A stretch of 64,000 nt of DNA from Christensenellaceae bacterium (GTDB lineage Bacteria; Bacillota; Clostridia; Christensenellales; CAG-138): positions 1,585,733 to 1,649,732 of the forward strand of contig CAXXPJ010000003.1 in the NCBI GenBank assembly GCA_963674775.2, written 5' to 3'. Shown here one piece after another: positions 27,752 to 37,324 of this stretch. The position numbers and the translations under genes were made by a program. The number at the start of each line of letters is the position of its first letter. The first letter of the stretch is position 1. Below the pieces are notes generated by a model, which did no database searches, was not told the origin of the DNA, and worked only from the letters and a program-made list of their open reading frames with translations.

Positions 27752-27780
27752 ATTCTATAGGCTTTGCGGGAAAAAGTCAA
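27752..27780 (-). promoter_or_regulatory. Promoter TTGACT-17-TAGAAT, about 150 nt upstream of tRNA-Gly
   Basis: On the minus strand, -35 is at 27780-27775 and -10 at 27757-27752. Confidence 0.6.
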
Positions 27781-27882
27781 CATCCCAGATCGTGTGTTCC
27801 GGCAGCCCTTTTTACGCAAGATAAGGGGCTGCCGGAACACAGAAATCATATGAAATTCAGCATGTCTGCCGAAGCGGCGGAA

Positions 27883-29382
27883 TTACTTCTCTTCCCATGC
27901 CATGGCGCGCTGCAGCGCGCGGCGCCAGCCGCTTAATCGGGACTCGCGCTCGTTTTCGTCGATCTCGGGCGAAAAGACCCGTTCGCTCTCCCATTGATCG
28001 GAGATATCCTTTGTGCTCTTGAACACGCCGACGGCAAGGCCGGCGAGGCAGGCCGCGCCGAGCGCCGTGGACTCCACGCAGCGCGGGCGGTTGACCCGCG
28101 CGTTGATGAGATCCGCCTGAATCTGCATCATGATGTTGGAGACGGACGCGCCGCCGTCCACGCGCAGCTCCGCCAGCGGTACCTGCGCGTCCTTTTCCAT
28201 CGTCTCGGCGAGGTCGCGCACCTGATAGGCGATGCCCTCGAGCACCGCGCGCGCGAAATGCGCTTTTGTCGTTCCGCGCGTGAGTCCCAGCATTGCGCCG
28301 CGGGCGTACATGTCCCAGTGCGGTGCGCCGAGTCCGGTAAACGCGGAGACGAAATATGCCCCGCCCGCGTCCGGCACGGACTCCGCCAGCACGTCGATCT
28401 CCCGCGCGCTGGAGATGAGGCCGAGATCGTCCCTGAGCCACTTGATGGAGCTGCCCGCGTTGAAGATGCTGCCCTCCAGCGCATATTCCACGCGGCCGTC
28501 CACACCCCAGGCGATGGTGGTCAGGAGACGGTTCTTGCTCTCGATGGGCGTCGTGCCCGTATTCATCATTAAAAAGCCGCCCGTGCCGTAGGTGCACTTG
28601 GCCATGCCTGCTTCAAAGCATGCCTGCCCGAAGAGCGCCGCCTGCTGGTCTCCCGCCGCGCCGGCGAGCGGTACGCCGCCGAGCGCTTCCAACCCCATGA
28701 TGTGCGGCTGAATCTTGCCGTATACATGACTCGAAGGCAGGGCCTTTGGGAGCATGCAGCGCGGAATATTGAGGCGCTCGAGCAGCTTATCGTCGTAATC
28801 GAGTTTGTGGATGTCGAACAGCATCGTGCGCGATGCATTGGAGTAGTCTGTCACATGCTCGCCGGTGAGGTTCCAGATGAGCCAGGTGTCCACCGTGCCG
28901 AAGAGCAGCTCGCCGTTATCCGCGCGCTGCTGCCCGTTTTCGATATGATCGAGGATATACCGTATCTTCGTGCCGGAGAAATATGCGTCGATCAGCAGGC
29001 CGGTCGTCTTTTGCACATGCTCGCCCCAGCCCTCCTGAATCAACGTTTCGCAAAGCGGCGCGGTGCGGCGGCACTGCCAGACGATTGCGTTATACACCGG
29101 GTGTCCGGTCGCTTTGTCCCAGACGATCGTGGTCTCGCGCTGGTTTGTCACACCCACGGCGGCGATGTCGCCCGGCTGTACGTGTTCGCGGCGGAGCACG
29201 TCCGCGGCGGCCTGCTTCTGCGTATCGAGAATATCGAACGGGTCGTGTTCGACGTATCCGGCGACGGGGTAGATCTGGCGAAATTCATATTGCGCGCTGG
29301 AGACGATCTTTCCGGCTAAATCAAAGAGGATGGCGCGTGAACTGGTTGTGCCCTGATCCAGTGCAAGAAGATATTTTGGCAT
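27883..29382 (-). CDS. glpK: Glycerol kinase
   Basis: 499 aa: MPKYLLALDQGTTSSRAILFD... with FGGY kinase motifs. Confidence 0.97.
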   Translation of the reverse strand: MPKYLLALDQGTTSSRAILFDLAGKIVSSAQYEFRQIYPVAGYVEHDPFDILDTQKQAAADVLRREHVQPGDIAAVGVTNQRETTIVWDKATGHPVYNAIVWQCRRTAPLCETLIQEGWGEHVQKTTGLLIDAYFSGTKIRYILDHIENGQQRADNGELLFGTVDTWLIWNLTGEHVTDYSNASRTMLFDIHKLDYDDKLLERLNIPRCMLPKALPSSHVYGKIQPHIMGLEALGGVPLAGAAGDQQAALFGQACFEAGMAKCTYGTGGFLMMNTGTTPIESKNRLLTTIAWGVDGRVEYALEGSIFNAGSSIKWLRDDLGLISSAREIDVLAESVPDAGGAYFVSAFTGLGAPHWDMYARGAMLGLTRGTTKAHFARAVLEGIAYQVRDLAETMEKDAQVPLAELRVDGGASVSNIMMQIQADLINARVNRPRCVESTALGAACLAGLAVGVFKSTKDISDQWESERVFSPEIDENERESRLSGWRRALQRAMAWEEK

Positions 29383-29712
29383 GATGACAGATTCCTTTCG
29401 AAATGGTTTTTTACTCTTCGCGTAAAGGATGTGGGATGATTAAAACAGAATAGAATGTGATTAAAAGTATCAATCATATTATGACATATTCGAGCTGAAT
29501 CATCAACATATAAAATGTTTCTGTAGATACAATTATGTATACGTACGAAGCATTTATACATCGGGCGCGGCGCAGCCGGCTCCGTTCCACGTACCGCTGC
29601 TGCAAGCGAAATCGGCAGCGCAGGCGGGCGGCATTTTTCGGAAAACAGTGGAGATTGCAGCGGAACATTATGGTTTGTAACTTTTTTACTTTCTTTTTTC
29701 CGTCTTTCGGGC

Positions 29713-29725
29713 TATCATTTTTAAC
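29713..29725 (+). promoter_or_regulatory. -10-like hexamer TATCAT ending 7 nt before the rsmA ATG
   Basis: TATCAT 29713-29718, spacer TTTTAAC, ATG 29726. T-rich sequence lies upstream. No SD. Confidence 0.35.
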
Positions 29726-30514
29726 ATGGAGACACAGGAGCGAAAACCGGACGCAATCCCCGACGGATTCGTGCCGAACAAGGCGCTTGGGCAGAATTTT
29801 CTGACGGACGCGCGCGTGATCGAGGCGATCCTTGACGCGGCGCAGATCGAAGGAAAACGCGTGCTCGAAATCGGGCCCGGCACGGGCGCGCTCACGGAAG
29901 GGCTGCTCGCGCGGGCGTCGTTTCTCGCCGCCGTGGAAAAGGACGGGCGGCTCTGCGACTTCTTGAACGCGCGGTTCGGCGAACGGCTCGGGCTGTTGCA
30001 TGCGGACGTGCTCAACGCGGATATCCCCGCGCTGATGGGCGGCGAAAACTGGCATGCGGTGGGTAACCTGCCTTACTATGCCACGACGCCGATCGTGCTG
30101 CGGCTGTTCTCGTTTTTACCCGAAAGCATGACGCTGATGGTGCAGAAAGAGGCTGCGCAGCGGTTTTTCGCCGCGCCGGGAAGCCGCGTTTACGGCCCGG
30201 TAGCCGTCGTGTCGTCCTGCTTTTACGAGGTAAGCGAAGTTGTGCGCGTGCCGCGCGGCAGCTTCCGGCCGCAGCCGGAGGTGGATTCCGTGGTCGTGCG
30301 CCTTTGGCGAAACGAAACACGGGCAGTGTACGCGGGCGCGTTTCTTTCCTTTTTGAAGCGGGCGTTCTCCATGCGCCGCAAGACGCTGGCAAACAACCTT
30401 GACAGAGACGCGCGTTTAGCGGACGCGCTGGCGGCGCTGCAAGCTCCCGCGGACGCACGTGCCGAGGCGCTCTCGCCGGAAGCGTTGCTACATATATTTG
30501 AAGCATTGAATTGA
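29726..30514 (+). CDS. rsmA: 16S rRNA (adenine1518/1519-N6)-dimethyltransferase
   Basis: ..KALGQNFLTD...VLEIGPGTGALTE..., NLPYY motif. Confidence 0.92.
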   Translation: METQERKPDAIPDGFVPNKALGQNFLTDARVIEAILDAAQIEGKRVLEIGPGTGALTEGLLARASFLAAVEKDGRLCDFLNARFGERLGLLHADVLNADIPALMGGENWHAVGNLPYYATTPIVLRLFSFLPESMTLMVQKEAAQRFFAAPGSRVYGPVAVVSSCFYEVSEVVRVPRGSFRPQPEVDSVVVRLWRNETRAVYAGAFLSFLKRAFSMRRKTLANNLDRDARLADALAALQAPADARAEALSPEALLHIFEALN

Positions 30515-30554
30515 GCAACCAAAGAATGAACCAGAATGAAACGGAGGATTTACC

Positions 30555-30818
30555 ATGGCTAAACTGACGTATTTTTATCTGCCGGGCTGCCCGCACTGTA
30601 GGCTCGCAAACCGCTGCATCGAGGAGCTCGTGAACGAAGACGAGCGTTTTAAGGGCGTCGAGATCGAACGAATCGACGAATCCGCACAAAAAGCGCTCGC
30701 CGCCAAGTACGATTACTGGTATGTGCCCTGCTTCTATATGGGGCAGGAGAAAATTCACGAAGGACACGCGGAAAAGACGGACGTGAAAAAAGTGCTGGAA
30801 CAGGCACTCAAGTCCTGA
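30555..30818 (+). CDS. Thioredoxin/glutaredoxin-like small protein (CPHC)
   Basis: 87 aa: YFYLPGCPHCRLA. SD GGAGGA. Confidence 0.8.
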   Translation: MAKLTYFYLPGCPHCRLANRCIEELVNEDERFKGVEIERIDESAQKALAAKYDYWYVPCFYMGQEKIHEGHAEKTDVKKVLEQALKS

Positions 30819-30834
30819 ACGGAAGCAACTCAAC

Positions 30835-30875
30835 AAACCCGCCGCTGCGTTAGAGCGCAGGGCGGGTTTTTGTTT
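30835..30875 (+). terminator. Intrinsic terminator
   Basis: AAACCCGCC...GGCGGGTTT stem followed by TTGTTT. Confidence 0.75.
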
Positions 30876-30968
30876 GATCTTGGTACCGCCAACGAAATGC
30901 CGTAATCGTTTCGTGTATCGTTCTTCTTTTTGTGATACACTCAACGAATACGAAGAGGGGATGTGAAC

Positions 30969-31892
30969 ATGGATATAAAGAGAATTCTGCCAGGCATCGA
31001 AAAGCATTACAAAGCAGATTTCGAATATATTGAGCCGAACAACAACGCTCACGTTGGGCTGAGTGTGCCTGAAATCGTGTTTCAATATGGAAGCATTGCA
31101 TCTAAGATAAAATCAATACCGAGGCTTGGCCGCTACATGGTCAAATGCATTCTAGAGCTTCGAAAAACATATCATAGTTTGTACCGTCAACCCGAAAACC
31201 CGAGCAGGCAGATAACGGAACAGGATCTATCGGACTTAAGGGCTTTTATTGAGAGCTTTGGTGTCGACAGCATAGGATTTACACAAGTAGATCATTCATA
31301 TATTTTCAGCAACAAGAAGATTCTCTACAAGAACGCGATCGTATTATCGATGAAGATGGATATGAAAATCATTCAAACAGCGCCATCCAAGTCATCCGAG
31401 AAAGAGATCTTTCGAACCTACTACGAACTCAACCATGCAGTCAATCAAATCAAAGAGTTCCTGAACGGCAGAGGGTATCTGGCGCAAGCCGGCCCGGCGC
31501 TCGGAGGAGAGGTCAATTATCCGCTGCTCGCACAAAAGGCCGGAATGGGAGCGGTAGGAAAGCACGGATTACTGATCACCGATCAGGAATTCGGCCCGTC
31601 TTTGAGATTGGCTGCGGTTTATACGGATATCGAAAACCTGCCGTTTAGCGAACAAAACAAGCACGCTTGGATCAACGCGTTTTGCGATCAGTGCAACAGG
31701 TGCGTCAGGGAATGCCCGGTTGGCGCGATCTATCTGCAAAGCAAGGAGTTGAACGACGGTTCAAGGCAATGTATCGATTACAAAAAATGCGCCGTCCCCT
31801 TTTCAAAAAACCACGGATGCACCATATGCATCAAAGAGTGCGTTTTCTTTCGCCAACCTTACGATAAGATCAAATCGGGGTTTATAAAATAA
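30969..31892 (+). CDS. 4Fe-4S protein of the epoxyqueuosine-reductase / reductive-dehalogenase-like superfamily
   Basis: ..AGMGAVGKHGLLITDQEFGPSLRLAAVYTDI... followed by CDQCNRCVRECPVGAI and CTICIKEC ferredoxin motifs. GC is visibly lower than in the neighbours. Confidence 0.65.
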   Translation: MDIKRILPGIEKHYKADFEYIEPNNNAHVGLSVPEIVFQYGSIASKIKSIPRLGRYMVKCILELRKTYHSLYRQPENPSRQITEQDLSDLRAFIESFGVDSIGFTQVDHSYIFSNKKILYKNAIVLSMKMDMKIIQTAPSKSSEKEIFRTYYELNHAVNQIKEFLNGRGYLAQAGPALGGEVNYPLLAQKAGMGAVGKHGLLITDQEFGPSLRLAAVYTDIENLPFSEQNKHAWINAFCDQCNRCVRECPVGAIYLQSKELNDGSRQCIDYKKCAVPFSKNHGCTICIKECVFFRQPYDKIKSGFIK

Positions 31893-32089
31893 CAAAATTG
31901 CGCCTCCAAGGATCTAAAAATCGCCATACGTTTTGACAATACGTTTCAATACCCGACCGAAAAACGAGACGGTTTGTATTGGATGCGCTTGCTCCGCGCG
32001 AACGGTGTCCATTCACGCACGGATCATGTATAATACAAGTAAGCCGTGCGGCAAAATCTGCCGTATGCAACAACACAGGAGGCTTAGTC

Positions 32090-33034
32090 ATGCCGATTGT
32101 CTGGTATATCGCAATCGCGCTGGTTTCGGCGGCGGTTGTGCTCTGCATCGCGGCAGGTTGGAAGATGTCCTCGATGATTTTATTCCCCGAAACGCGTTCC
32201 TATGACTTTGTCATCGACAAGGAAGTGGAGCGCGGGAACTATACGCGCGCATGGTACGACGAAACCGTGCAGCTGGAGGCGTTTACGATCCCGTTGCCGT
32301 TCGGGTACGAGCTGCACTGCGCGCTCTGGCCGCGCGAGACGGGCGAACCGTTTCCGGACGGGAAACGCCGGGTCGCGGTGTTTGCGCACGGGTTTTCCTA
32401 CTGCATGCTCGGCGGCGTAAAATATGCCTCGATCTTCCACGAGTTAGGCTTCGACTGTGTGCTGTACGACCACCGCAACCACGGCCTCTCCGGTCGTGCG
32501 CCGACCACGATGGGATTCTGCGAGGCGGAAGACCTCGCCGCCGTCTGCGCCTGGGCGCGGTCGCTCTTTGGCGAGGATGCGCTGCTCGGCACCCATGGCG
32601 AGTCCATGGGCGCGGCGACGGTCATGCTGCACGCGCCCCGGGACAAGCGCCTTGCTTTCGCGGTGGAGGACTGCGTGTATTCCGGCCTCAACGCGGAGCT
32701 GCGTTATGCCCTGCCGCAGCGATTTCATGTTCCGGCGTATCCTGCGCTGCCGGTCGGCAGCCTGTTTTCGCGACTGCGCGGCGGCGTTTGGTTTCGCGGC
32801 GTATCGCCCGCCGGTGCACTGAAGGACTGCGGCCATGTTCCAATGCTGTTTGTCCATGGGGAGGCGGACGAGCTCGTGCCGTTTTCGATGCTCGCGGAAA
32901 ACTATGCCGCAAAACCCGGTAAAAAAACCATGCTGTCAGTACCCGGCGCGGACCACGCGGGAAGCTACCGGACCGACAGCGCGCTGTATCGGAAAACCGT
33001 GACGGATTTCCTGCGCGAAAACGGTATTCTGTGA
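32090..33034 (+). CDS. Alpha/beta hydrolase with an N-terminal TM anchor
   Basis: MPIVWYIAIALVSAAVVLCIAAG TM helix, nucleophile elbow GESMGA, ..HGEADELVP. SD AGGAGG. Confidence 0.85.
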   Translation: MPIVWYIAIALVSAAVVLCIAAGWKMSSMILFPETRSYDFVIDKEVERGNYTRAWYDETVQLEAFTIPLPFGYELHCALWPRETGEPFPDGKRRVAVFAHGFSYCMLGGVKYASIFHELGFDCVLYDHRNHGLSGRAPTTMGFCEAEDLAAVCAWARSLFGEDALLGTHGESMGAATVMLHAPRDKRLAFAVEDCVYSGLNAELRYALPQRFHVPAYPALPVGSLFSRLRGGVWFRGVSPAGALKDCGHVPMLFVHGEADELVPFSMLAENYAAKPGKKTMLSVPGADHAGSYRTDSALYRKTVTDFLRENGIL

Positions 33035-33136
33035 CGGGCGAAAATCCGCATTAAAGCTACTGTTTTTTCACATTTCGCTGATCTTGCAAACGTTGGGAAA
33101 CGCTGATATGATGATGTTAGTTTGGAGGGCGGAACC

Positions 33137-33691
33137 ATGCAAAAATCGTTTCAGAAAACACTGCTGATCACGTCGATCGTGTACATTGTCATCGGGCTTC
33201 TGCTGATCATCTGGCCGGACGCCGCGCGGCAGATCATCATCTATGCAATCGGCGCGGCGGCTGTGCTCTACGGCGGCTACCGCATCGTGGATTTCTTTGT
33301 GCGCAAAGAGCATCTCGACGGCGGCATACGCCTCGGCGTTGCGCTCGGCATCGCCTGCCTGCTGCTGGGGCTGTTCCTGCTCGTCAAGGCGAACGCGGTC
33401 GTCGCGCTGCTGGCAACCATCGTCGGCATTGCGGTCACCGTGGACAGCGTGCTGCGGCTGCAGATTGCGCTCAACTTCCGGCACGAGGGAATCAAAGGCT
33501 GGCTGCCGCTGCTCATCACCGCGCTGGTTACGCTGGTGTTCGGCGTGCTGCTGCTCTTTAACCCGTTTACGGCGATTCGGGTCGCCACCGTGATCGGCGG
33601 CATCAGCCTGCTGGTCGACGGCGTCTCGACGCTCTGGGGTGTGTTACAGTCCGAGCACGGTACACCGAAGCACACGACCACGGTTCGATAA
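33137..33691 (+). CDS. HdeD/DUF308-family membrane protein
   Basis: 6 TM helices with repeated ..GLLLIIWP.. / ..GVLLLFNPF.. pattern. SD GGAGGG. Confidence 0.8.
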   Translation: MQKSFQKTLLITSIVYIVIGLLLIIWPDAARQIIIYAIGAAAVLYGGYRIVDFFVRKEHLDGGIRLGVALGIACLLLGLFLLVKANAVVALLATIVGIAVTVDSVLRLQIALNFRHEGIKGWLPLLITALVTLVFGVLLLFNPFTAIRVATVIGGISLLVDGVSTLWGVLQSEHGTPKHTTTVR

Positions 33692-33699
33692 CGAAGGCG

Positions 33700-33730
33700 A
33701 AGGCGGCGCGGATTGCGCCGCTTTTTTCTT
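33700..33730 (+). terminator. Intrinsic terminator
   Basis: GCGGCGC-GGATT-GCGCCGC followed by TTTTTT. Confidence 0.75.
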
Positions 33731-33795
33731 ATGCTCCCGGAGCGGACGACCGGAACAAAACAATGAACGGGGCCATGTGCGCCTATGGAGGACAG

Positions 33796-34227
33796 ATGAG
33801 CGCGACACTCGAGCTTGCCAAAAAGTTGTTCAACGAAACCTGGGACTTAATCGACAAACCGGACCGCACGGACGCGGATAACATCGACATGCTGCACAAG
33901 GCGCATACATCCTGTTATCTCTGGCGCGAAGCGGGTAATCCGCTCAACGACGCGCGCGGAGAGTGGCAGGTATCCCGCGTGTACAGTCTGCTGGGTGAAG
34001 GGCGGCTTGCGCTGCTGCACGGCGCGCGTTCCCTCGCGCTCTGTCTCGACAACGGCATTGGGGACTTTGACCTGGCGTTCGGGTATGAGGCGGTCGCGCG
34101 GGCGTACAGCATCCTTGGCAATAGCCAGCTTCAGGACGAGAACAAGCGGCTGGGTCTCGCCGCTTGCGAAAAGATTGCGGATAACGGCGATCGGGACTAC
34201 ACACTGTCCAACTTTGCCGATCTGTAA
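33796..34227 (+). CDS. Hypothetical helical protein
   Basis: Open frame with coding-like composition. The start is uncertain (33763 or 33796). No family recognised. Confidence 0.55.
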   Translation: MSATLELAKKLFNETWDLIDKPDRTDADNIDMLHKAHTSCYLWREAGNPLNDARGEWQVSRVYSLLGEGRLALLHGARSLALCLDNGIGDFDLAFGYEAVARAYSILGNSQLQDENKRLGLAACEKIADNGDRDYTLSNFADL

Positions 34228-34237
34228 ACACATATTC

Positions 34238-34272
34238 AAAAAGAGCCGTCCGTTGAAACGGACGGCTCTTTT
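34238..34272. terminator. Bidirectional terminator
   Basis: AAAAGAGCCGTCCG-TTGAA-ACGGACGGCTCTTTT. Confidence 0.8.
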
Positions 34273-34302
34273 GCTTGTTTTAATGAAAGAGAATCGATTC
34301 AG

Positions 34303-35667
34303 TTACCGGTCTCTTCTGCCGGACGTACGCCGAATATAGTTAGCGGTCAGCACGATCAGGCTGCCAAGCAGCGCGAGGCTCACGCCCGCAAAGATCAGAA
34401 AACCAATGCTGAGATTTCCGATGCCAAATACCGAATTCGGTTCCGGTTCCGGCTCCGGCGTGCTCGGAAGAGGCGTTGGGCTCGGCGTCGGCGCGGGCAC
34501 GGCGCTTGTGTCCGCGACGAGCGTACCGCTAAACAGCGTCCGCCCGCCATAGGAACAGGAGATTGTGCCGACGATATCGCCCGCCTGTGCTGCGGACAGG
34601 TCGGCGGAGACCTGCGTTTCGGTTTCGAGCAGCGACGTGTCGGCGAGCAGCGGGTCGATCTTCTGCCTGGGCAGCCGGAGGCCCACGCCTTCGTCAAACT
34701 GTGCCGAAATTGCAACAGGAGCTGCCAAACCTTCAACCGTTACGTCTTTTTGATAGGTGTAGTCAAGCGTATCCGGAGAAAGGAGGGCATAATCGTTTTC
34801 CAGCGAATATTCCATGAACAGCTTTGCGTTTTGAAACACATGCGGCATGCGCTTGTTCGCATCGCGGTGGGTGTAGTCGTCCGCGCCGATGAGTACGGCG
34901 ATGACCTCCGCACCGTCGCGCTGACCAACGGCGACTAGGCATTGGCCGCCGACCGTCGTGCTGCCGGTTTTTCCGCCGATGCAGATGTCGCTGTAGCAGT
35001 CGCTGTCCGGCTCGTCCGAGATCAGGCGGTTGGAGTTGACCAGCTCCATGGGCTCCTTGCGCACGTCGTTGGCCTCAATCGTATAACGCGCGGTGCCGAT
35101 CAGCGTGCGGAACATGTCGTTTTTCAGCGCGTAGGAGGTCAAAATTGCCATATCGCGCGCTGTGGAATATTGCCCGCCGCGGTATGCTCCGCTGGCGTTG
35201 AGAAAATGCGTATCATTCATGCCGAGCTCGGCGGCCTTGGCGTTTGCCAGGTCGCAATAATCGCTCACGTTGACCGCGATGTAGTTTGCCAGCAGCAGCG
35301 CCGCGTCGTTGCCGGAGTGCAGCATCAGCCCGTAGAGCAGCTGGCGCACGGTCAGTGTTTCACCCGCGATAACGTGCATGAGCGAGTTTCGCTCGGACAT
35401 ACCCGCCGCCTGTTTTGTGACCTCGACGGTCTCCTCCAGATCCTGCACCAGCTCCAGCGTCAGGATGCAGGTCATAATTTTCATCGTGCTGGCGGGGATG
35501 CAGCGCTCATCCGGGTCGCGTTCGTAGAACACGATGGAAGGATCCTCCGCATCCACGACGATGTAATACGGCGCGATGATATCCGCGTCCGGCGGCGCGG
35601 TGCCGACGGAAGCGACGCCGGGCAGGAGCATAACGGCGGCCAGCAGTAAAGATAACGCTCGAATCAT
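34303..35667 (-). CDS. D-alanyl-D-alanine carboxypeptidase (S11, PBP5-like) with PT linker and C-terminal TM anchor
   Basis: SxxK ASTMKI, SGN (HSGND), KTG (GKTGST). The C-terminus is ..PAPTPSPTPLPSTPEPEPEP.. followed by a TM helix. Confidence 0.9.
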   Translation of the reverse strand: MIRALSLLLAAVMLLPGVASVGTAPPDADIIAPYYIVVDAEDPSIVFYERDPDERCIPASTMKIMTCILTLELVQDLEETVEVTKQAAGMSERNSLMHVIAGETLTVRQLLYGLMLHSGNDAALLLANYIAVNVSDYCDLANAKAAELGMNDTHFLNASGAYRGGQYSTARDMAILTSYALKNDMFRTLIGTARYTIEANDVRKEPMELVNSNRLISDEPDSDCYSDICIGGKTGSTTVGGQCLVAVGQRDGAEVIAVLIGADDYTHRDANKRMPHVFQNAKLFMEYSLENDYALLSPDTLDYTYQKDVTVEGLAAPVAISAQFDEGVGLRLPRQKIDPLLADTSLLETETQVSADLSAAQAGDIVGTISCSYGGRTLFSGTLVADTSAVPAPTPSPTPLPSTPEPEPEPNSVFGIGNLSIGFLIFAGVSLALLGSLIVLTANYIRRTSGRRDR

Positions 35668-35850
35668 GATTCAGGTACCCTCGGTTGTTCGATTGATACC
35701 CAGTATTATACGATAAAAGGCGCGAGAGGGCAAAAATTACGGAAAAAACGTTTTACGGCTTTTTTTTCATCCGGGCGGGTAAAAGGGAGGCGGACGGCGA
35801 AAAAGAAGAAAACCGGATGTGAAAATCATGCGGCATTTTGCCGCGCGGGT

Positions 35851-35879
35851 TTGACAATTTCCACGCTTGTCTCTATCAT
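35851..35879 (+). promoter_or_regulatory. Promoter TTGACA-17-TATCAT, with the -10 ending 5 nt before the first ATG of the CapA-like gene
   Basis: TTGACA 35851-35856, TATCAT 35874-35879, ATG 35885. Confidence 0.5.
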
Positions 35880-35884
35880 AAACA

Positions 35885-37234
35885 ATGAGGAATTTTATGA
35901 AGAATTTAGAGCCAGCCCAATTGAAAAAAGTACTGATCGTCAACGCGGTTTTACTCGTTCTGGCGGTCCTGATCGCCATCAATCTTCTCGTCACCGGCGG
36001 AAAACCCGCCGCCGTGCCGGAGCAGGCGCTGGCCGCGCCCGAAGTTCAAGAGACGCCCGCACCGACCGAAACACCGGCGCTAACGGCGGAACCGGCGGAC
36101 ACGCCCGAACCCGAGCCGGAGAAGAAGACCGGATCGGAGACGTTTTCCATGCGTTTCGTCGGGGACTTGATGTGTTGCGACGGGCAGATGGAGGACGCGC
36201 TCCAGGCCGACGGGACATATGATTTTTCCAAACACTTCGCGCAGATTACGGACGAACTGCGCGGCGCGGATGTGCTGATTGGCAACTTTGAAGCCTGCAT
36301 GTACTCCGAGGCGCCGCTCAACGGCTCCATCATCGGCTTCAACGCGCCACCGTCCTATGCTGAGGAACTCAAAAAAGTCGGTTTCGACGTGCTGTTCACC
36401 TCCAACAACCACGGAATGGACTTCCTTGTGGAGGGTGCGTTTGAAACCGCCGAAAAACTCAGGGACAAGGGGTTTGTCGCGCTTGGCACCAACATGACAA
36501 AAGAAGCCGTCGGCGAGATCTACATGCGCGATGTGCGCGGCGTGCCGGTCGCCATACTGGCATATACCGGCTCGACCAACAAATATAAGCTCACGCTCGA
36601 CGGCGAGGACGCCAAATGGACGATGAACTACTACTCCGCAGAACGGCTGGAGCAGGACGTCGCGGCGGCGCGCGCGCTCGGCGCGAAGGTTATCGTCATG
36701 TACCTGCACGAGGGCACGGAGAAGGACGACGAACCGAGCCGCCGGCAACTCGCCGCGGCAAACGACGCGGCGGCGCTCGGCGTGGACGCGGTGATCATGA
36801 GCCACACGCATTCGCTTCAAACAATGGAGAAACGCACCGTTACCGTGGACGGGCAGGAGAAGACGGTATTCATCGCATACGGGCTTGGCAACTTCATGTC
36901 CAGCGCGATTCACACCGAAAGCCTGAACAACATCATCCTCAACATCGACTTCACCTACGACTGGGATCAGGACAGGCTCACGTCCCTCGACGCGAGCTAC
37001 CTGTTGACCTATACCTATAACTTCTATAACGAGCAGAAGATCATGTCATACTCCGTCGTTCCCCTGCAGCAGGCGCTCGCGGACTTCACAATGGTGGACC
37101 CGCGCACGCGCTACGCGCAGGACCGCTTCCAGGCGGCCTATGACCGGATGCTCAAGCGCATCGGCACGGATGCGGCTCAAAACGTTTACACCTTCCATCC
37201 GGAGTCGGTCACGGCGCCGGTGGAAGAACCGTAA
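35885..37234 (+). CDS. CapA/PGA_cap-family metallophosphatase-like protein, TM-anchored
   Basis: N-terminal TM helix, PE/PT linker, then ..FVGDLM.., TSNNHGMDF, IMSHTHS. An alternative start is ATG 35897. Confidence 0.85.
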   Translation: MRNFMKNLEPAQLKKVLIVNAVLLVLAVLIAINLLVTGGKPAAVPEQALAAPEVQETPAPTETPALTAEPADTPEPEPEKKTGSETFSMRFVGDLMCCDGQMEDALQADGTYDFSKHFAQITDELRGADVLIGNFEACMYSEAPLNGSIIGFNAPPSYAEELKKVGFDVLFTSNNHGMDFLVEGAFETAEKLRDKGFVALGTNMTKEAVGEIYMRDVRGVPVAILAYTGSTNKYKLTLDGEDAKWTMNYYSAERLEQDVAAARALGAKVIVMYLHEGTEKDDEPSRRQLAAANDAAALGVDAVIMSHTHSLQTMEKRTVTVDGQEKTVFIAYGLGNFMSSAIHTESLNNIILNIDFTYDWDQDRLTSLDASYLLTYTYNFYNEQKIMSYSVVPLQQALADFTMVDPRTRYAQDRFQAAYDRMLKRIGTDAAQNVYTFHPESVTAPVEEP

Positions 37235-37324
37235 CAGTCAACGGATTTGCGCCGGGCGGTGCATGCAATCGATCAAAAGAAAAATTCAGCCGCATCATGA
37301 CGCGGCGCGACAGGAGCAGTCAGC

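Noticed and set aside
29383-29725. GlpP-responsive terminator/antiterminator in the glpK leader
   Set aside because: The region is AT-rich with a plausible promoter (TTGATG-17-CATAAT), but I found no GC-rich hairpin followed by a U-tract.
36040-36130. GC-rich microrepeats (CCGGAACC/ACGCCG-type) here, at 38860-38950, 43490-43600, 46540-46620 and 46870-46960, as possible non-coding VNTRs
   Set aside because: They are in frame inside long ORFs and encode Pro/Thr/Glu/Ala linkers. They are a coding low-complexity feature rather than independent DNA elements.
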